Shown: positions 21,061-34,800 of the stretch, piece after piece
How the letters are laid out: each line of letters opens with the position of its first letter
Position numbering within the stretch: position 1 is the stretch's first letter
Assembly (NCBI GenBank): GCA_043228905.1
Contig: JBHGNT010000002.1
Span: forward strand, 10,292,001 to 10,356,000
Length of the DNA stretch: 64,000 nucleotides
Direction of reading: 5' to 3'
From: Azolla caroliniana
Lineage: Eukaryota > Plantae > Polypodiophyta
Notes under the pieces: model-generated
Seen by the model: only the letters and a program-made list of their open reading frames with translations
Told to the model about the DNA's origin: nothing
The model's database searches: none
Made by a program: the position numbers and the translations under genes

Positions 21061-21321
21061 TGCAATGAACTGTCCCCATAGGCCAAGAAGACAGGTAAAC
21101 CAAATAGTTGCTAGTTCTAATTGTACTAAACCCGAGTCTATTTCAGTAGGAATATCTGATAGTACTAATAGCCCAAATCTATCAAACAAATTTGATGTCC
21201 TTAGTTAGTCAGAAGAAGAGTTAAACAACTAAGTCCAGCCAAAATAGGGGTTGTTTGGTTGGATAGCCCTAGATCTGTGTAGCCCATTAGTGGTTCCATT
21301 CCCTCTAAGCAAGTTAGCAAT

Positions 21322-24300
21322 GTGTTCTTAGCCCAAGTAACAGTTAGTACTAAAAGTACCTCTCTATTACATGTCTCATCACTCCTAGATTCCGTAGCTA
21401 ATTCTTGCTTCATGGATAGGAATTTTTCCCAAGCCCATCAGATGTCCCTAGGAAAACTCCCATGTCCAGCCTCTATAGTAGTCATTGATGGTCATCCCAT
21501 TGCTTCCAGAAATATCATAGAAGAGTCAGAGCCCATTAATATTGTCCTAGATCATTTAGCGTGTGTAGTATCCTTTAATATAATTAGTATCCTAGAACAT
21601 CTCATTGTTTTGGGAATACCATGGTTCGAATTACATAACCCAGGCATAGATTGGAGAACAAGAGAAATCCGGTATCGACGAACCCAAGGATCTACTCATC
21701 AGATTGCGACCATTTCGCTACATCAGTTGCATGAGGAAGGACGCAAGGAAGAAATGTTTCTCTTCGCAATATCAGTAAAACCCTCCAACACCACTAAAGA
21801 GGAATTCATCGCTCAACTTCCAAAGAAGTATCGTCATTATCCGATGTGTTCGATAAAGTACAATTCAATACGCTTCCTCACCATCGACCGTATGATTGCC
21901 CCATTGATTTACAACCGGCAAAAGAGCCACCATGGGGACCGATCTACAATTTGTCACCAACCAAGATAGAAGTCCTTCGAGCCTATATAGAGGAGAATTT
22001 GGCAAATGGTTTCATTCGACATTCGAAATCTCCAGCCGGCGCACCCATTTTCTTCGTGAAGAAAAAGGATGGATCACTTCGTCTCATCGTAGATTATCGT
22101 GGCTTGAATAAGGTCACCATCAGGAATAGGTATGCACTTCCCCTTATCTCAAGTCTTTTAGAACAGATCAATGGTGCAAGGTTCTTCACAAAGATCTACT
22201 TACGAGGAGCATATAACCTTGTACGGATCCGACCAGGAGATGAATGGAAGACTGCGTTTCACACCAGATATGGGCACTTCGAGTATACGGTCATGCCATT
22301 CGGCCTCACTAATGCGCCAATAGTCTTCCAACACATGGCAAATGATATATTTTGAGATCTCTTGGATGCTAGTTTGATCATCTATTTGAATTATCTACTG
22401 GTTTATTCGAAGACCCAAGAAGAGCATGATTCTCATGTATTATTAGTACTAAAATGACTTCGAGAACATGGTCTTTGTGCAAAGCTGGAAAAATGTAGTT
22501 TCGAGTGCAACCAAGTAGAATTTCTGGGCTATGTCATTTCCTAGGAAGGCATCTCCATGGATCCAGCTAAGGTCAAAACAGTGGTAGAGTGGCAGACTCC
22601 ATGTTCGTTGCGAGATGTGCAATGCTTTTTAGGCTTTGCCAATTTCTATTGTTATACGTTTTAGGGTTAGGGTTAAGGACGATGATGATGATGAATGATA
22701 ACTATGATGATTGGTAATGAAGATATACATGGTGATGGAGAGTATGATGGTGAGAGAGATCATATAGAAAAGCATTGCGGGGTGGGAGGTGGGGCCTAGA
22801 ATGGCTCCACCCCCCTCCCAAGGGGGGTTCAACGTTAAGGAAGAAAGAGAGAGAGAGAGAAATATGGTTATTGTTGTATTCATTCATTCCCCATAAGGGG
22901 TTAAATGGTACAAGAGGGGGTAGATACATAGGGGTGTAAGCCCCCTCGAGCATTCATATTGGACACTCACTCACACCTCCTGGTATCCATCCACATGCAC
23001 ACACGTGTGCATGTGTTCACATATGTATAGACTCACAATTACATTTATGCCTCCTACACATACACAACAACATCATGATAACATTCGACCCTCAATCATC
23101 ACACTTGACTCTCCGTACATCTCGTACGGGGTAACATCTATCGCAAGTTTATACAGGATTACTCAAAGCTTGTTCTGCCTCTCACACAGCTTATCAGGAA
23201 GGGACAATCGTTTGTTTGGACTGAAGAAGCAAACATGGCTTTTGAGAGTGTTAAGAAGGCATTTACATCAGCTAAGATTCTAGCTCATGTTGATCCAGAA
23301 AAACCATTCATCATCGAAGCAGACGCGTCGGATTTCGCCATGGGTAGCATTTTGTCACAACATGGCGATGATGAAAAGCTACATCTTGTGGCTTTCCACT
23401 CACGCAAGTTTGACGCCGCCGAAATCAACTATGAAATTCATGATAAGGAGCTATTAGCAATAATGCACTCTTTTACGCAATGGAGGCATTTTCTAGAGGG
23501 ATCTTCTCATCAAGTCACCGTATTCAGTGATCACAAAAACCTTGCCTACTTTCAGAATGCTCGTGTGTTAAATTGACGTCAAGCTTGGTGGGCCCAATTC
23601 CTTACTCGTTTCGACTTCAAAATTACACATCGTTAGGGGAAGCAACAAGGGAAGCCAGATGCATTATCACAGCGCTCGTATCTAGCACCGTGTCATGGCG
23701 AGCCAGCTTTCGATAACCAAAAGCAAGTAATCCTGGAACTGGCACGATTGCAAGCAACGCAGGTCTTCGGTATGCCCTTGGATTCCCACGTTATCGATAC
23801 CATACGTGAGAACTTGAAGACAAATGCTTTCGCCAAGACATTCTAGCACAAATTGATCCCTCTCGAGCATCTTGTTCACAGTCGCAACAACCAAGTACGG
23901 ACTATCGACAATTCGAATGTCATGATGGATTACTATTCTTTAAAAAACTCTTGTATGTTCCTAATGGTTCTTGTTGCCTTTGAGTAGTCCAAAACTGTCA
24001 TGACACATATACAACTAGGCATTTTGGTAGTACTAAAACATTAGATTTAGTACAATGATCATTCTGGTGGCCCCATATGTGACAATTTGTCAAAGATTTT
24101 GTTCAGACTTATCATATATGTTGCAGAGCAAAAATGGCAAGGCATCATCCATATGGTTTATTAGAACCATTACCAATTCCAAGCAAGCTGTGGCAATCCA
24201 TTGCTCTAGATTTCATCACAGATATTCCGGTCTCTAAGGGATTCAATGTGATCTTAACAATAGTAGATTGATATACGAAGATGGCCCATTTCCTACCATG

Positions 24301-25240
24301 TACTAAGGAAATCTCCAGTGAGGAAACCGCCAAAACTGTCATGCGTGAAGTTTGTCGGCATCATGGCCATCCCAATAGTATCATCAGCGACCGTGGACCC
24401 CAATTCATCTCGAATTCTAGAAGCACCTCTTTAAAATGCTCAAGGTCACTTGTAACCTCTCCTCCGGCTACCACCCGCAAACAAACGGCCAAGCAGAACG
24501 AACAAATCAAACGTTGGAGCATTATCTTCGGTGCTTTCTAAGCTATCATCAAGATGACTGGGCGGATATTCTCCACTTCGCCGAATTTGCGTATAATAAC
24601 TCTATCCCCTCATCGACAAAGGTTACACCATTTTATGCTTATACGGGTTGTCACCCCCGGTGGTGTGTATTTGAAACCACAGAGTTACCCACAAATCCTT
24701 GTGCAGAGGATTGTTTGGAGCAGTTACGCAAGATACAAGTGGATTTATCAACTCATCTCCAACGAGCTCAACAAACACGCAAGGTTTACGCGAATCATCA
24801 TCAGCTTCCATCCAATTTTAACATTGGAGATTGGGTATGGCTACTACGACGATACATCAATACTACTCGCCCATGTGAGAAATTGGATTATCGGCGATTA
24901 GGTCCTTTCCGTATTATTGGAAAAATTATTAATGTTGTTTTTCGTGCCGATCTACCTCCACAACTTTGGATACATCCGGTGTTTCATAGTTCTCTCCTTG
25001 AACCCTATCAAGATAGCACCATCCCAGGTCGTATTAAACAACCTCCTCCCCCAATCAAACTTGAAGATGGACCTCAGTACGAGGTTGCCACCATCCTCGA
25101 TTCCAAGATTGTTCGCAACAAGCTCTACTATTTAGTCGATTAGCTAGGATATAGTCCCAGCGAGCGTACTTGGGAACCAATAGAGAATGTTACCAATGCT
25201 CATGCTCTCCTTGAAGACTTCCATCGTCAATATCCAGACA
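21322..25240 (+). pseudogene. Gypsy pol pseudogene (PR-RT-RH-IN-chromodomain)
   Basis: Fragmented ORFs at 21322-21969, 21846-22355, 23235-23576, 24281-24541 and 24436-25143. Confidence 0.92.
22650..23136. mobile_element. Solo LTR (487 bp) inserted in Gypsy pol
   Basis: TGTTA...TAACA termini with a perfect 5-bp TSD TCTAT (22645-22649 and 23137-23141); it splits the [12 protein letters not shown] motif. Confidence 0.93.
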
Positions 25241-25297
25241 AACCGGGTCCTCAATCCAAAACAACACGTGACACTTGTCGTTTTAAAGGAGGGATAG

Positions 25298-25612
25298 TGT
25301 CATGATAGAAAATTGAGGTATATTCCAAATTTCTCTGGAACATTCTAGAAACTTCAGGAGTACTCATGAGAACACTATAAAAGGAGGCACAAGGCATTAT
25401 TTCGAACCAAATCGGTTCAACACCACTCTTAAGCCTCCTAGCTACTATAGTATATTCTTAACATAATATATATCTTTTGTTATCATGATTCTCTCTCACA
25501 CACACACTCACTCACTCACTCTTTCCTTCTCTCAAGAGTTCTACACCTCCCTTAGTACTAATCCTCATCTTTTAGTACTAATTCCTTCTCTGTCTTAGTA
25601 CTGTTCCTGACA
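25298..25612 (+). repeat. 3' LTR of the Gypsy element
   Basis: TGTCA...TGACA, after the PPT. Confidence 0.92.
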
Positions 25613-25976
25613 CCTGGTACCGGAGCCTCATTAGCTTCCAGAATATTGAAACACGATTAACAACATTCTTGTTCTGGAACATGATGTCGATCTTCTCCCA
25701 GAGTTCATGAGCCTTACTTTCTTCATTGAAGTTGTTGTACAGACTCGTCGATGAAGCACCGGATGTATGTCGTCGTCTTCATGTGCATCACCTCCCACAC
25801 TTTGGCGTCGATCTTATCCGGTCTCTTGTCCCCGAACTGAATTGGCAACCAAATATCTTTAACCACCAAGATATCCCTCATCTTCAACTTCCACACTGAG
25901 TAGTTGGAGCCGGTGAGCTTGAACATGGCGTCGAACAATTCTTCCATTTCCTGTGTTGTTCGCTCTGATACCAATT

Positions 25977-26479
25977 TCTGGAGAATAGTGCGGAATACTA
26001 CTCGGCCACAACCGAGTCTTTAGATCACTTCGTTTAAGGATCAAACACAAAAATGGGAATAGAGATGAATACTCGTACACCAAAAGAAATTACACAGGAT
26101 GTTTACGTGGAAAACCCTATTAGGGAAAAACCACGGGACCCCACAAACTCTAAACTATCACTATATGAGAAAGGTACAATCAGAGACTCGGAGGCAACAA
26201 CCTCGAGCTCTGTTTCTTTGCCAAGCGACGGTTACAACATAGTATCGCTCTATATCTCCTCTCTCTCTCTATCTGTTACTCTCTATACAACAATATGACC
26301 CCTCTATTTGAGTGATTGCCTTAAGTCATATTTATACTTATATGAACATAGGGCTATTTACAAATATAGCCTCAATAGGCTTACTGAAAACATATTACAA
26401 ATATGTCTTCTCTTCCAGTTCTCACTGAGTCCTCTTCATTCATAACCGGATCCCATCCGGAGGGACCGATTTCCCAACA
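25977..26479 (-). repeat. 5' LTR of Copia B
   Basis: Matches 8335-8809 and is adjacent to the PBS. Confidence 0.93.
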
Positions 26480-26499
26480 CAAATGACATTCAAAATATC

Positions 26500-29400
26500 T
26501 TCTATTGAACTCACTTGTTATGACTTGTCCTCTTTAGATATTGTGAAGTCCGTTTTTGTTCGTAAGAAAAGACTATTACAAATATGTTGGATGCTAAAAT
26601 GTCTAAGAATAAAGGCTAACATGAAAGGATCAAGTATTAAAGGAGGAAGTTATATGTTAATGACAAGGGTGTCAAGGTCATTGTCCATGGGGTCGGGCCT
26701 ACGTGCACGGAAAATTGTTATTGCCCGATCAATTGTAACCCCTTTGTTATGTCCTGGTCGGGATCCCATTTGTGTATCCCATGATTGACTTATAGCATTA
26801 GTAGGAGTGATGGGGCTAAAGAAAGTTGTGATTGTTCTTTGTGGATGAGCTTGTGTGGCTGTATTCTTCAACAACGTTTCCCGATGTCTCTTGAGCTCTA
26901 GCAAGAAAAGTCCTAGGAACCGTCGGTCCTCATATTCCATTACCTTGCATAGTGGGGCAAAGCCTTGTTTAAACATGCAATGGTATCTCCCTCTGATTTC
27001 ATAAAAGACACAATGACAAACATAGTGTTCTTCATATTCCAATCCTTGATGACACAATTGGCAAATTCTCTCTTCTAGAGGTAATCGTGTATATCTTCCT
27101 ACCTCAATCAGTAACTGATGTGATGAAGTTCGCAGTTGCCCCATCACACTACGTAGCACATAGGATAGATGTATGTCCATATAAGGTGGCTTGATGATGA
27201 ATCTATCCTCCGATGTGTGTAAGGAGTGTGTCTTACAGTGGGCCATATTCGTACCAAGTGGTATTTTGGGGCTGATCCATGTTATTTTGTTTTCCAAGTT
27301 AATAATATCAATTCGAATCACTCTATTCTTTTCCATTTTGATCATATTTAGATGGGGGTAGTCCAAGCTATATTGGAACGGGGGTAGTGCATTTATACTC
27401 ATGCCATGTGACTTGAACCATTGCTGCATTTCAACATACCAACAATGAATGTCTCCATTTTTAGCCGGTTGTCATAAGTGACATAAGTGCCAACCTTCGG
27501 TACCTTTGTTTCGGGAGCTCCCAAAGATGTTGGATAAATGTCACTGATCGGAACAATGCCTCAGTGATTATAGGTGTTGCTCCCATCTCTACTCGGATTA
27601 TATCCCGGGGCACTAATGCTTTGCTCCTTATCATGCGAGCAATCATTGACACTAAAGGTCTCTCTAAATCTTTCCAATGATTTTCCTTGCTAAGACTTGG
27701 TCCCCATGTTTCTATTCCATAGAAAAGAGTTGGTGTGACAAGTGTATCAAATAACCACACCTTAGTTCGTGGCTCTTGGAACTGGAAATGTGCACATTGT
27801 CTCTTGAGAGCACCAAGGGTTGCATATCCACGAGAAAGTCGGGCACAAGAAGCCTCTTGTAAGGAGAACCTAGGTGATAGAGTGTATAAGACAAAGGATA
27901 GTCGTACACAATATGAGGGCTTGACCAAGCCAATTAGAGAGAGTTGTGAATTAAAATAGATTATAACGACCAAGGGACCTACGACTTATAGAGGGAAACT
28001 CAAGAAATTAAGACAAAAGGTAGAGAAGATGAGAAAGAGATAAGAATGTTATAATATTCAACTATCAAGACCATAAAAAGGGGATAAACTCCAAATTCAA
28101 CTAAAAACCAAACAACTTCTAGACTTCCAATCACCTAAACCCCCAAATGTCTTTCAGTATTCTTCATTAATCGCTTTCTCCTTTTGATTATGCCTCCTTC
28201 TTCCACTTCTAAGATTCCTTTTTCCACTCCCAAAAACCCCCTCTTTAAAGATATCACTTCTTCTTTTATAATCTTCCTCTTCTTCCTCGTTCACGCTATT
28301 TTTAGAGGCTTTTTATCCCCTATTTTTAGTTAAGACACAGTGACCTTCTAATCATTATATCTCCCTCATCCGAGCTCCAAATTTATAGATTTAAAATGAT
28401 ATAGATATCTCTCTTTACAAGCTTTCTAACCCATATTTAAACATGATATTTGGGTTACAAACAAAAGATTTATGACCATTCTTTTTTTACTATTTTTTGA
28501 GGCCCCTTTTTCTTTTTTTACTTTTCTTTGTGTCTCTTACTTTTACTTTTGACTTCTTCTTAAGGTCTTGGTTCGTGTTCTTAGCCTCCAAATGTGAATG
28601 GTCCATACCTTTCTAGAGTTCAATAGCTTGAATTCGAAAAACAATTTCACACTAGACCCTGTAAATGTTACTCTTAGGTATGTGTAGGAGCATGTGTATT
28701 CCACCTTTTACTCTCCCAAGAAGAATTTTGGTTCTTATCTTGTTAGCCATGTTTGAGTGGTGTTAAACACCATCACCTTAGTTTTATCCATGTTGATTGA
28801 AAAACCTTGGTCCATACAAAATAGTTTTAAGGCATTTAGATGTCTTTGTAGGCCCTCTGGAGAGTCATAAATCAACACAATATCATCAGCATATAGTAAT
28901 ATTTGTATAGCTATACCTGCTAGGCGTGCTCCCGAACCCCCGAATCTCTCTATATAATGTGATACCTCATTTATATAGAGACCAAAGAGAGTGGGTGATA
29001 GTGGGCATCCTTGCCTCACTCCGATTGTACTAGCCACCGCCTCTGACAAGCCCTTGGAAGACCGCACTTTTCCTTACGCAAATTCATAGAGTGCATAGAT
29101 TCCCCATTGCATATCTGTAGGAATGCCAAAGGCTTCTAGCCGCCACATAAGTCGAGCACGTGGCACTATATCGAAGGATTTTCAAAAATCCACAAAAGCA
29201 ACAATAAATCCTCTTATTGTGGGCTCTACCGTCCTCGATAAGGGCCCGAAGGGTGAATATGTGATCCAAAGTTGTGAACCCCTTCCGAAAGCCTGCATGT
29301 CCAACTGAACACATCCATTCTACTCTGCCCATATACTCAATATTGATTCTAGAATCGACCCATATAGTTTACCCAAGTAATGGCCAATCATGATTATCCT

Positions 29401-31850
29401 ATAGTTGCTTGGCATCATGGGGTCTCCACCACGCTTGAGGATTGGCACAATGGTATGTTGTATCCATCTAGTAGGGAAACCTTCACACATGGCTCTATTA
29501 AAGATGTGTGCTAGCAATGGGAGCAAGGTGTCACGAGCATAGATAAAGTGCTCAACCACCAATCCATCATGATCTTGGGCCTTCCCAATTGTAGCCGATC
29601 AATGGCATTTCTTACATTTTGTGGAGTAAAAAAGGTTGATTCATGTGGGCAAGATCCATGTGGGTAGGGAAGAGGAGGTTACCCCGAGATATCATATACA
29701 ACCTTTGCATATTCATGCCACACTTGAGGTGAGGTCAGTTGTCTAGTAGGTTGCCTCTCATTAAACATTTTCCATGCTCTTTTACTTTCTTGTCCTAGAA
29801 ACAAACAATACAAATTATCTTCAAATTTAGCCAAATTCAATCTTCTTCTTCCTTACAAGGCGGCGTTGGAATGTTGCTCTCACTTGTTTGTGTGTATAAA
29901 TGCCCCAAGTTACATCACGTTGCAAGCATCTCCTTGTATCACGACATTCCTCATCATACCAACTATTTTGTATTACTCTACCGTGTTTGGGGGGATTGGC
30001 TATTGTGTGAGGAAAGGCATTTGTGACTGCTTTATGCAATGATTTTGACAATCCTTGGGTAAGTTCTTCAAGGGGTGTGAAAGGATCCTAATTGAGCATG
30101 TCATTGTATACACCACAACTATACACATCAATTGTCTCGCGAGTAAATAGATACATAGGCAGCCCACTCTCCTTCGCATATACATCCTTTGTGCATCCAT
30201 CCTTTACCTCGAAGCGTAGATATGCATGATCTTTTGCCAAGACAATAGGTCTACTCGATATAGTGAACTCTTTTATTTCAGGTATAAGATATGGGGATCC
30301 CAATAGATAATCGATTATGCTTCCACCTCCTTTTGGGTTCCAACATGTCAAAGCATCTGATCCAGGCCATTGTGACAAGCCATTATATATCACAAATCCA
30401 TGCGCACTTCCCAAGGCTAGAAAGTGTTTTCCATATTCAATTATGGCACTCATATCTTGAGCTTATCGCTTTAGACCAACCTCTTCTGCCATAACTTCTC
30501 CATAAACAACCTCGTTGGTGTTAAACATAGTTGTTTGTTCATTCTTGGTTCATGCATTAAAATCTCCTAATAGTATTATGTCCCCCATAGTAGCAAATCT
30601 TATGATATCATCATATAATGGTAGATATGGTGATTCACCTAGAGGTGCAAACCTTGAGTAGGCTAGTGGAAAGTAGCAAATTGCAATATATAACTCCCTA
30701 AGATCCCCTCTTTTGATTCGTATCCATATGTAGCGCACATCGACATCCTTATGGACAACATGCACTCTATCATGGAGCTCATTTTTGTATAGCACAACCA
30801 CTCCTCCCGAACCTCTAGTGCTTCCTTGTGTCCGAGGTTGGGGGCAACATATTGACTCCCGTCTATATCCTTGTACCTCAGGGAGTTTGCTAGTCATGCA
30901 TTGGTGAGTCTCTGTATACATAGCAATATCTGTGTTTTTCAAGGTATCTTCAAAATATCTGACATATGTCCGTAGAGAGCCAGTGCAATTCCATATGGTC
31001 ATGTGTAGGGTCTCATTGGCCATATATAGGCATGCGATTCTCTTCTCTATAATAATGACCTTGCCATCTCTACATACGGCCCATTTTCCTTCCTTTCTTG
31101 CATCAAGCACTAAGTATATTTGTTCACCCTTGAGTGCCTTTCTTTTAGAGAGGAAAGCTTTTTTCTTGTCAATATTCATGAAGTGGATGATAAGGGCTTT
31201 AGCTCTAGACTCATCTCTTCCCACCCTCCACGCCAAAGCAAATAGAATATCTTATGCTCCAATCTTTGTTCCGAGATTTTTGGCATCTTCTTGTGGACTT
31301 CCTTTTTCGGCCCAACCAACCACTCGTACATGCAACGCACAAGCTTTCCTCTTGGCTTCTTCTTCTAATGTAGCATTTATCATTGTTATCCTATCCATGG
31401 ATGTTCCTTTTTGCTTTTTCACTACCTCTATCCAAGGAGCATTTGCTTTAATTTCATTTTGGGCGTGCTCAGCTTGAGCTTTGGCATCTTTGGCCATGTC
31501 TGCCCATGTTTGCATTTCCTTAATGACATTGGCTTTCACTGTAGAGATGCATCTTTTCCACTGCTTCTTGTCCTTTTTTTAAATCCACTTTTATAGCTCC
31601 TAACTCAACCTTACTTCAGGATATTTTATCCTTAAGGTATTGTGTCATGTCATCCTTGAGCTCTAAGTGTGATTTCTTCACATGGCTTATTATGTCTTTC
31701 CGCATCTCTTCTAATAACTCAGTCTTGAGGGAGGCATACAACTTTGTTTTCTATTTCTCAATCTCCTTGTTCATTTCTTCTTTTAGTGTTATTTCTATAT
31801 CCTCTCTAATAAGATTGATCTCTTGGGCAATCAAATGGCGTAATAGATCA
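26500..31850 (-). mobile_element. Degenerate two-ORF RTE/RTEX-type LINE (ORF1 coiled-coil/RRM-like; ORF2 APE-RT-Cys)
   Basis: ORF1-like 31030-31800; APE (IWNCTG, YTETH, LLGDFNA, IIDY, DH); RT (AGFRKG, GVRQGCPLSPTLF, LLYADD); C-terminal LRTSSHQLLIEVGR..RICQLC. Boundaries are approximate. Confidence 0.88.
27875..28651. mobile_element. Solo LTR (777 bp) inserted in the LINE ORF2
   Basis: TG...CA termini with TSD CTAGG/CTAGA; removal restores VTFTG-PRFSLQEA. Confidence 0.8.
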
Positions 31851-34800
31851 TGTTTGAGAGAGAGAGAGAGGAGGAAGAGGAAGAATAGCAAGTCTACAAG
31901 AAGTGAGAAGAGTCATGGTAGAAGGAGGGAAGTCTATTTTGGTTTAAAGTCATAGAAAGAAAAAAAGTTCTATCTTGTTGAGTTTTTCGTTGGAGTCTAA
32001 AAAGCTTGTATTGTCCCCTAATGTTACAATAATAGATTGATATATTCACATTCGTAGGTGTTCCCAAACAAATGGATACGAATGCATGAAAAAATATTCG
32101 TAAAAATAAAAATAAATAAATAAAGAGTTTATAAACCCCCTCCTTTTTAGTTTCCTAGATATAAAAAAAATGAGACTTCACAATAAAAAGGGATTTGACA
32201 CTAATAATATTTTTATAATAAATGTGAAAGTATTCGTTTTATTTTTAATAAATAATATAAAATAAAGGTTCATTAATTCCCCATTTTTTATCCTCCCAAA
32301 TTTTGTGGATATTTTTATGTGACATTAAAAAGGGAACTTCACACTAACCATATTTTTATAATAAATATAAAAATACATGTTTCTTCAAATAATAAATAAA
32401 ATAAAGGATAATAAACTACCCCCTTTTTTATTTGACACTCTAAAGGAGACTTAATACTAATCATATTTTTATAATCTATTAATGAATGATTGTTCTTTTT
32501 TTAGTGAATTTATTTATTTAAAATTAATTAACTAATTTTTATTATATTTATTTTGCAAAACAAATGGTTTTACAATGTTCTTGAGGCCATTTCATATTCT
32601 CAAAGATTGCGAATATCATGCATAAAGAATATCATGAATATCGCACGTGTGTCAATCAATGGTTATAAATTATAATATAACATTCCTTTCTCTTTCTTTT
32701 CACCTATCTTTCTTTTCTCCTCACTATCTTTTCTATATCTCTTTTCATGAGATATCAATTAACTTTAGGAACATTGCTTTATTTCCAACAATGATGAGTA
32801 TTGTTTTTAAAGTTGAAGGTTTATCAAAACTAATTTTGATATTGTAAAACAAAATGATAGGTTGGAAGTGAAAAGAACCTTGTGAATCAAAACCATAACT
32901 TTTTTTTTCACTTTTTATTATATTTAGTTTATGTCCTTTGGCGCTTAGCAATATACATGTGCGAATCTATGTTATCTTTTTATATGTGGTCCTAAGATTT
33001 TATTAGTTATTCAAAGATTTGGTGTTAAAAGTATATATATATATATATATCTTTGAGATTGGAGAAAATCATTTCATGTAATCTTCTTATGAAGTAATGT
33101 CAAATATAACCTACAAACTAAGTGAACACATGTCTTTACAATTTGAATATACATTTGGTACATTATTTGAGGAAAGGGCATGTCTATCATTAATATAGCA
33201 AAGATAATGTTACAATGGTAAATAAAAATCTTATTTACTATATTAGAGAGTGCGCAAAATAGACAAGGAATTTGCTAGTTGAAAGAGAATTTATGGAATC
33301 ATTAATACCCTTGTGGGTTCCACACTTCATTCCCGTATACTAAGGATACTTTACAGATTTGGTATCTAAATTATATCAAAGATATCCAACATGATCACTA
33401 TAAGCTAATATTCAAAAGTTATTCCTCTCATGAAGTATATGATCAATTTCTACCATTAAGGAGTCACCTAGATCTTATAATTTCTTACTATGAAAAGGTA
33501 AGACATGTTTGTTAAATCTATTTTCATTAATCGGGACATATTTATCTCCAACATTAGAATTATAAAAGTGGAATTGTGAGCCATTATCATAATGTTATGG
33601 AGTTTGTAACTAAGATACTATTATAGTTCAAGTTCTTTGATGAGTCAGATTTTAGTGTTTGATTGTTTCCAAAACACATGTTCAAATGTTCTTAATGGTA
33701 AGACAACTTGAGATCCTTCATGTTCAATGCTTTGTGTAGCCTACTTGTGAAACAATAATAAAACAAACACATACAAGTAGAGCTTATTCAGCTTCATATG
33801 ATGTCATGATGTGGCATGTGCAAAGGGAGAGAAGTGTTAAAAGTCGAAGTTTTAAAATAGGTCAAGATATTAGTTGAAGTAATAATTGGAAGAAAATTTG
33901 AGAGGAAAATTATTTTAACAACAAAGCAGTAGCATAAATGCTAAGAGCTAATATTGACACAACATGGTCAAGGCCCAAGGATTCAATGATCAGAAAATGT
34001 GAGTAAAGGAAAAAGATGAGCTTAGTCCATCTATGACAAATGGAAATGTGCAATGAATGCAAATACAAGCTGGAATCACCAAGGTACATGGGAGGCCTAA
34101 AATAACCAAGGCAATGTTGTTATTCATCATAGACTTCCACGTCGTAACTCCAAAATATCCCCACTAAATGCATAAGTGACAAAAGGAAACTTGGAACCAC
34201 AAGGATGTGTTGGAGGCCTACAATGACCAAGGCAATGTTGTTGATGATCATAGATTTGACTTGCCACATCGAAACTCCAAAATATGCGCCCAAAAAAATA
34301 CAAGATCTCATTGTTGGGTATATTTGAATGCCCAAGTTTTATCGAAATGGAATCATAGGGTAGTGAATCACATGGGAGGCCTATAATGACCAAGGTGATA
34401 TTGCATTGACCATAGCTGACTCACCACGTTGAAGCTCAAGACTATACCCCCAAAAAATCATTCTCATCCTAATTTTTTTTCACCCTAAATTGGTCAAAAG
34501 ATGATTTCCCATATCTACCTAACTTGGAAGTCTAGAGCCATAAAGTGATCACGAGTTGCTTTTCAAGTACAGGTATATGGATGAGAACAATGTTGGGCAA
34601 AGTTTCTCACCCCTATCGGAAATTAAAAATTTTAACAAGTCCATGCCACCATGGATCCACTCACTTAAGGGTATGCAGGTTTGGCTATCCTTGAACTTCA
34701 ACACACTTCCTCCCCTACCCTTATGTATGATGCAACCATATGGGCTTTAAGAGGCCCCATGTACATATGGACATAGAGAGTCCACTAATCATTACCTTGT

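Larger units (their letters stand above)
19737..25612 (+). mobile_element. Ty3/Gypsy chromovirus (Tcn1-like), degenerate, inserted in Copia B gag
   Basis: LTRs TGTCATGAT (19737) and 25298-25612 (...TGACA); TSD CTTGG/CCTGG; PPT AAAGGAGGGATAG. Protease (LLDSVA), RT ([27 protein letters not shown]), RNase H (EADASDFA, YEIHDKELLAI), integrase (SDRGPQF, HPQTNGQAER), GPF motif and chromodomain (YEVATILDSKIVRNKLYYLV...TWEP). Confidence 0.94.
8335..26479 (-). mobile_element. Ty1/Copia (Tnt1/Tork-like) LTR retrotransposon B, interrupted by nested insertions
   Basis: Direct LTRs at 8335-8809 and 25977-26479. PBS complement GCTCTGATACCA at 25962-25973; PPT complement at 8810-8823. Minus-strand gag (25613-25930, 19270-19736), knuckle and protease (CFCCGKIGHFQKNC, WVVDSG), integrase (18268-18720 and 10071-10597) and RT (8895-10000). 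Flanks TAAAC/CAAAT match only 3/5. Confidence 0.94.

Noticed and set aside
22660-22676. TTAGGG repeats as an interstitial telomere
   Set aside because: Only about 2-3 units, lying inside a solo LTR.
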